From assembly GCA_034661055.1 (NCBI GenBank), contig JAYEKO010000076.1, positions 1 through 31,816 on the forward strand: a stretch of 31,816 nt of DNA, read 5' to 3'. The position numbers and the translations under genes are program-made. Of the stretch, positions 28,713-31,816 are shown piece by piece; within the stretch, counting starts at the first letter, position 1; each line of letters starts with the position of its first letter. Under the pieces are notes generated by a model. That model searched no databases. It was given only the letters and a program-made list of their open reading frames with translations, and was not told the origin of the DNA. Source of the DNA: Campylobacterota bacterium (GTDB lineage: Bacteria; Campylobacterota; Campylobacteria; Campylobacterales; Sulfurimonadaceae).

Positions 28713-30380
28713 CTACATCATATTGTAATCTGGACCGTCACCACCATATGGCGTTGTCCAAGTAATTCCACCCTTAGGTGATTTGATATCACACGTTTTA
28801 CAGTGAACACAGTTTTCAGCGTGTAGTCTTAGTGATTTATCACCACTTTTCTTATCTACATGTAATTCATAAACCTCTGCCGGACACATAGATGCTTCCG
28901 GTAATCCATAGTCCATAATGTTTGATGCATGGAACGCTTTAGGGTCATTAACAACCAAGTGAGGAACTTGAACTTCATCATGCATCGCTTTTGAGTGATA
29001 CACTGTTGTTACCTTATCGAAAGTGAGTTGCTTGTCATACTCAAGTTTACCTGCAAATCTCTCTTGAAATGGCTGCTTATAGAACTCTCTAAGTGTTTGA
29101 GTTGTATCTACATCTGATTCTGTCTCAGGAACTAAAAAGCACGTACCGCCTGTTACAAGCTGAATACCCATTTTAAGACCACCTAGAACCATACCGTCAT
29201 TCATAACTGCTCTCATATTACGCACTGGGTATAACTCTTTGTAAATTGAGCTAGCATTTACCAACTCTTCATATTTAGCTAAAGATTTATTACTTGTGTC
29301 ACCACTAATTAGTGCTTCGGCTGCTGCCGTTGCAGCACAGATACCAGAACGAACTGCTAGGTGAATACCCTTAAGTCTTGCCGTAGTCAAGAACCCTGCA
29401 CTGTCACCAACAATCATCATGTTGTCTGCATAGTATTTAGGAACTGAATTCCAGCCACCCTCAGGCAGTGTCTTAGCACCCGCTTCAATAACTTTACCAC
29501 CCTCAAGGATTTTAGCTACATACGGATGTTGCTTCCAAACTTGCATTGCAGCATGAACATCAAAAGATGGATCTTGATAGTCTAGTCCTACAACAAGACC
29601 AAGAGCAACACGGTTTTCAGTGAGGCCATAGATAAATCCACCACCAAATTCTTCTTTATCTTTTAATGGGTAACCAAAAGTATGTTTAACAGTACCTGCT
29701 TTGATATTTCCTTCTGGAACCGACCAAATCTCTTTAACACCTAAAGAGTAAATTTGAGGATTTTTTCCAGCATCAAGGTTAAGTTTTTCAATAACTGTCT
29801 TGACCGCAGAACCTCTAGTTCCCTCAGCAAATACTGTAATACCAGCTTTAACTACAGTGCCTTCTTGAAAGTTCTTCTGCTTAATACCATGATGATCAAC
29901 ACCAGTGTCTTTTGTTTTAACCCCAACAACTTTATTGTTACTATTGTACACAACAGAATCAACAGAAAAACCGGTGTAAATTTCTACACCTCTATCTTCA
30001 GCAAGTGTCGCTAAATATCTACAAACTTGTCCAAGTGAAGCTACATAGTTACCATCATTTGACATATATGGTGGATGAAAAGGGAGTGTTGTTTCACTAC
30101 CATCATCATTTAATTTTGTAGTGTCATCATCTCCAACTTTTGAATCAAATGGAATTCCATCAAACTCTCCTGTCGTTAATAACTGCTTAAACACTTGTGG
30201 TCTCATAACAGCACCAGAAAGTATATGTGAACCAATTGAGCTTCCCTTCTCAATTAGCATTATTCTTTTCTCTACACCCTTTTGCTTTAGCTTGTCGGCT
30301 AAGGCAATTGCTGTAGAAAGACCAGCAGGCCCTCCTCCAACAATAAGCACATCTGTAGAAATAACATCTTGATTATTCAT
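28713..30380 (-). CDS. ETF:quinone oxidoreductase (single-chain flavoprotein with 4Fe-4S)
   Basis: DVLIVGGGPAGL, EKG..IGSHILSGA, AEGTRG, LGVKEIW, GDSAG...KGIHLA, C-terminal CPAEVYE...NCVHCKTCDIK...GGDGPDY. Confidence 0.95.
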   Translation of the reverse strand: MNNQDVISTDVLIVGGGPAGLSTAIALADKLKQKGVEKRIMLIEKGSSIGSHILSGAVMRPQVFKQLLTTGEFDGIPFDSKVGDDDTTKLNDDGSETTLPFHPPYMSNDGNYVASLGQVCRYLATLAEDRGVEIYTGFSVDSVVYNSNNKVVGVKTKDTGVDHHGIKQKNFQEGTVVKAGITVFAEGTRGSAVKTVIEKLNLDAGKNPQIYSLGVKEIWSVPEGNIKAGTVKHTFGYPLKDKEEFGGGFIYGLTENRVALGLVVGLDYQDPSFDVHAAMQVWKQHPYVAKILEGGKVIEAGAKTLPEGGWNSVPKYYADNMMIVGDSAGFLTTARLKGIHLAVRSGICAATAAAEALISGDTSNKSLAKYEELVNASSIYKELYPVRNMRAVMNDGMVLGGLKMGIQLVTGGTCFLVPETESDVDTTQTLREFYKQPFQERFAGKLEYDKQLTFDKVTTVYHSKAMHDEVQVPHLVVNDPKAFHASNIMDYGLPEASMCPAEVYELHVDKKSGDKSLRLHAENCVHCKTCDIKSPKGGITWTTPYGGDGPDYNMM

Positions 30381-30535
30381 TTAGTACTCCCCCTATCTGT
30401 GAATCACTTGAATATAAATCATATATTAAGTATTGGAGTAGAGTAGCAAATGTTAAGTTAAATTTAAATTTTAAAGAGAGATATACAAAGAAATAGAATT
30501 AAGTAGTGTAACTTAATGAAACAAGATAGAAATAG

Positions 30536-30557
30536 ATAAGAAGCTTATGCTTCTTAT
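30536..30557 (-). terminator. Hairpin overlapping the mdh1 stop
   Basis: ATAAGAAGC-TTAT-GCTTCTTAT, followed on the minus strand by U-rich sequence. Confidence 0.5.
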
Positions 30558-31513
30558 TTTTTATCAATATCGTTAAAGAAGCCATTAGCATAAAGAGAGT
30601 CAACCATCTCTTGAACGGAACTAACAGAGTCTTTAAATCGACTTCTTTGTAAGGTTTTTAGTGTCATCTCAATAATCTGTTCGGCACCACCAGCACCAAT
30701 CATTGCAGGAACTCCGCTAACAATATTAGCATATCCATATTCACCCTCTAAATAAACGGCACATGAGTGAATCTGTTTCGTGTCTTTAAGAATTGCATCT
30801 ACCATCACTGCTGTTGATTTAGCAGGTGCATAATAGGCAGAACCATTACCAAGTAAATTAACTATTTGAGCACCACCATTACGTGTTTTTCTAACAATCT
30901 CACCAATCTCTTCAGAGTCAAGCAGGTCATCAATTGGAACACCGGCAATGGTAGTAAACTTAGGAAGTGGCACCATGGTATCTCCATGACCACCCATGAC
31001 TGTCGCACGAATTTGCCCCGCACCATAACCCAGTTTTTCATAGATAAAGTGTGCCATTCTTGCTGCATCTAAAATTCCAGCCATGCCCAAGATTCGCTCT
31101 CTTGGAAATCCAGTATATTTATGCATAACATAGGTCATTACATCAAGTGGATTACTTACAATAACAACAACAGCATCAGGAGCATACTCTTTAATCTCTA
31201 AAGCATAACCTTTTACTATTTCTGCATTTTTAGTCAGAAGATCATCTCTGCTCATACCAGGCGTTCTTGGGGCACCTGCTGTCACAACAACAATTTCACT
31301 GCCTGCAATATCTTCTGGACCTTCAGCAGCTCTTACAATAGTGTGTTCTCTTGCTGCGTTAGCAGCTTGTGACATGTCGAGTGCCTTACCTTTAGCGACA
31401 TCAATGTTTCTACCTCTTAAAACAACTTCATGACATGAGCCACGCATTGCTAAAATAAATGCTACTGTAGATCCAAAATTTCCTGTTCCAATGACTGTTA
31501 CTTTACTTGCCAT
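30554..31513 (-). CDS. mdh: Malate dehydrogenase (LDH-like), predicted NADP-preferring paralog
   Basis: GTGNFG, VLRG34R35N in place of the NAD-selecting Asp, TAGAPRTPGMSRDDL (MDH Arg), SNPLD, LDAAR, GGHGD. Confidence 0.9.
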   Translation of the reverse strand: MASKVTVIGTGNFGSTVAFILAMRGSCHEVVLRGRNIDVAKGKALDMSQAANAAREHTIVRAAEGPEDIAGSEIVVVTAGAPRTPGMSRDDLLTKNAEIVKGYALEIKEYAPDAVVVIVSNPLDVMTYVMHKYTGFPRERILGMAGILDAARMAHFIYEKLGYGAGQIRATVMGGHGDTMVPLPKFTTIAGVPIDDLLDSEEIGEIVRKTRNGGAQIVNLLGNGSAYYAPAKSTAVMVDAILKDTKQIHSCAVYLEGEYGYANIVSGVPAMIGAGGAEQIIEMTLKTLQRSRFKDSVSSVQEMVDSLYANGFFNDIDKK

Positions 31514-31553
31514 ACATCTGCCTTGTGAGTGATTATAATTTTTTAGTTTTAGC

Positions 31554-31627
31554 TACTCTTAGCCAAGAGTAAAAAATTTATGTGAATAGATAATATCTTT
31601 TAATTCCCAAGCAAGAGCTTAGGAATT
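31554..31627 (-). other. Two stem-loops between idh and mdh1
   Basis: Minus strand AAUUCCUAAGC-UCUU-GCUUGGGAAUU (31602-31627) and UACUCUU-GGCU-AAGAGUA (about 31554-31571). Confidence 0.5.
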
Positions 31628-31638
31628 GGAGAGAGCAA

Positions 31639-31816
31639 CTATATAGCGTTAATAATTGCGTTTAATGTAGCAGATGGACGCATTGCAGCTTCAGCTTTTG
31701 CATCATCTGGACGGAAATAACCACCGATATCTTGAGCACTGCCCTCAACAGCAAGTAACTCTTCCATGATTTTATCTTCATTTTCAGTTAATGCCGCAGC
31801 TACTGGAGCAAACTTA
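31639..31816 (-). CDS. icd: Monomeric NADP-dependent isocitrate dehydrogenase, 3' end only (not in the ORF track)
   Basis: Hand translation: KFAPVAAALTENEDKIMEELLAVEGSAQDIGGYFRPDDAKAEAAMRPSATLNAIINAI*. This is the monomeric IDH C-terminus (DIGGY..P, AMRPS.TLN). Confidence 0.93.
   Translation of the reverse strand, partial: KFAPVAAALTENEDKIMEELLAVEGSAQDIGGYFRPDDAKAEAAMRPSATLNAIINAI

Noticed and set aside
26758..30380. Nitrogen-fixation fixABCX or beta-oxidation ETF
   Set aside because: No nif or acyl-CoA dehydrogenase genes in the window, and the context is TCA/Oor. Not excluded genome-wide.
1289..31072. Many short antisense or alternate-frame ORFs (e.g. 1289..1573, 4336..4641, 8795..9178, 10313..10636, 15332..15667, 26674..27042, 30862..31072)
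   Set aside because: Shadows of well-supported genes, with no recognisable motifs.
1..31816. CRISPR array, tRNA, rRNA, transposase or prophage genes
   Set aside because: No regularly spaced repeats, cloverleafs or mobility-gene motifs seen.

Overview
AT-rich chromosomal window from a Campylobacterota bacterium, probably a Sulfurimonas/Sulfurovum-like chemolithoautotroph (inferred from gene content, gene order and TGnTATAAT-type promoters). Left edge: a very low-GC RelE/ParE toxin and a repeat-rich spacer that looks like the end of an accessory element. Next come mostly minus-strand genes: osmC-like, argH, an OprD-type porin with a signal-peptide-bearing glutaminase, a cytochrome c, a UbiD-family menaquinone decarboxylase, hemC, a Dsb protein, fxsA, proS, hemA, a polyprenyl synthase, mscS, bioA, a methyltransferase and an HDOD protein. 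An RNase P RNA gene follows with an unusually expanded P12. The right 13 kb is a co-oriented (reductive) TCA cluster: idh (3' end), mdh1, ETF:quinone oxidoreductase, fused EtfB-EtfA, mdh2, two-subunit fumarase, sucCD, an HMA protein and oorDABC. Best candidate for an undescribed system: a single-chain ETF with electron-bifurcation signatures plus a single-chain ETF-QO, bracketed by two MDH paralogs with opposite predicted cofactor specificity (NADP-type Gly-Arg vs NAD-type Asp). This suggests a malate-mediated transhydrogenase feeding NADH to a module that makes reduced ferredoxin and quinol for CO2 fixation. That role is inference, and novelty could not be checked. The palindromic octamer TACATGTA also appears strongly over-represented.
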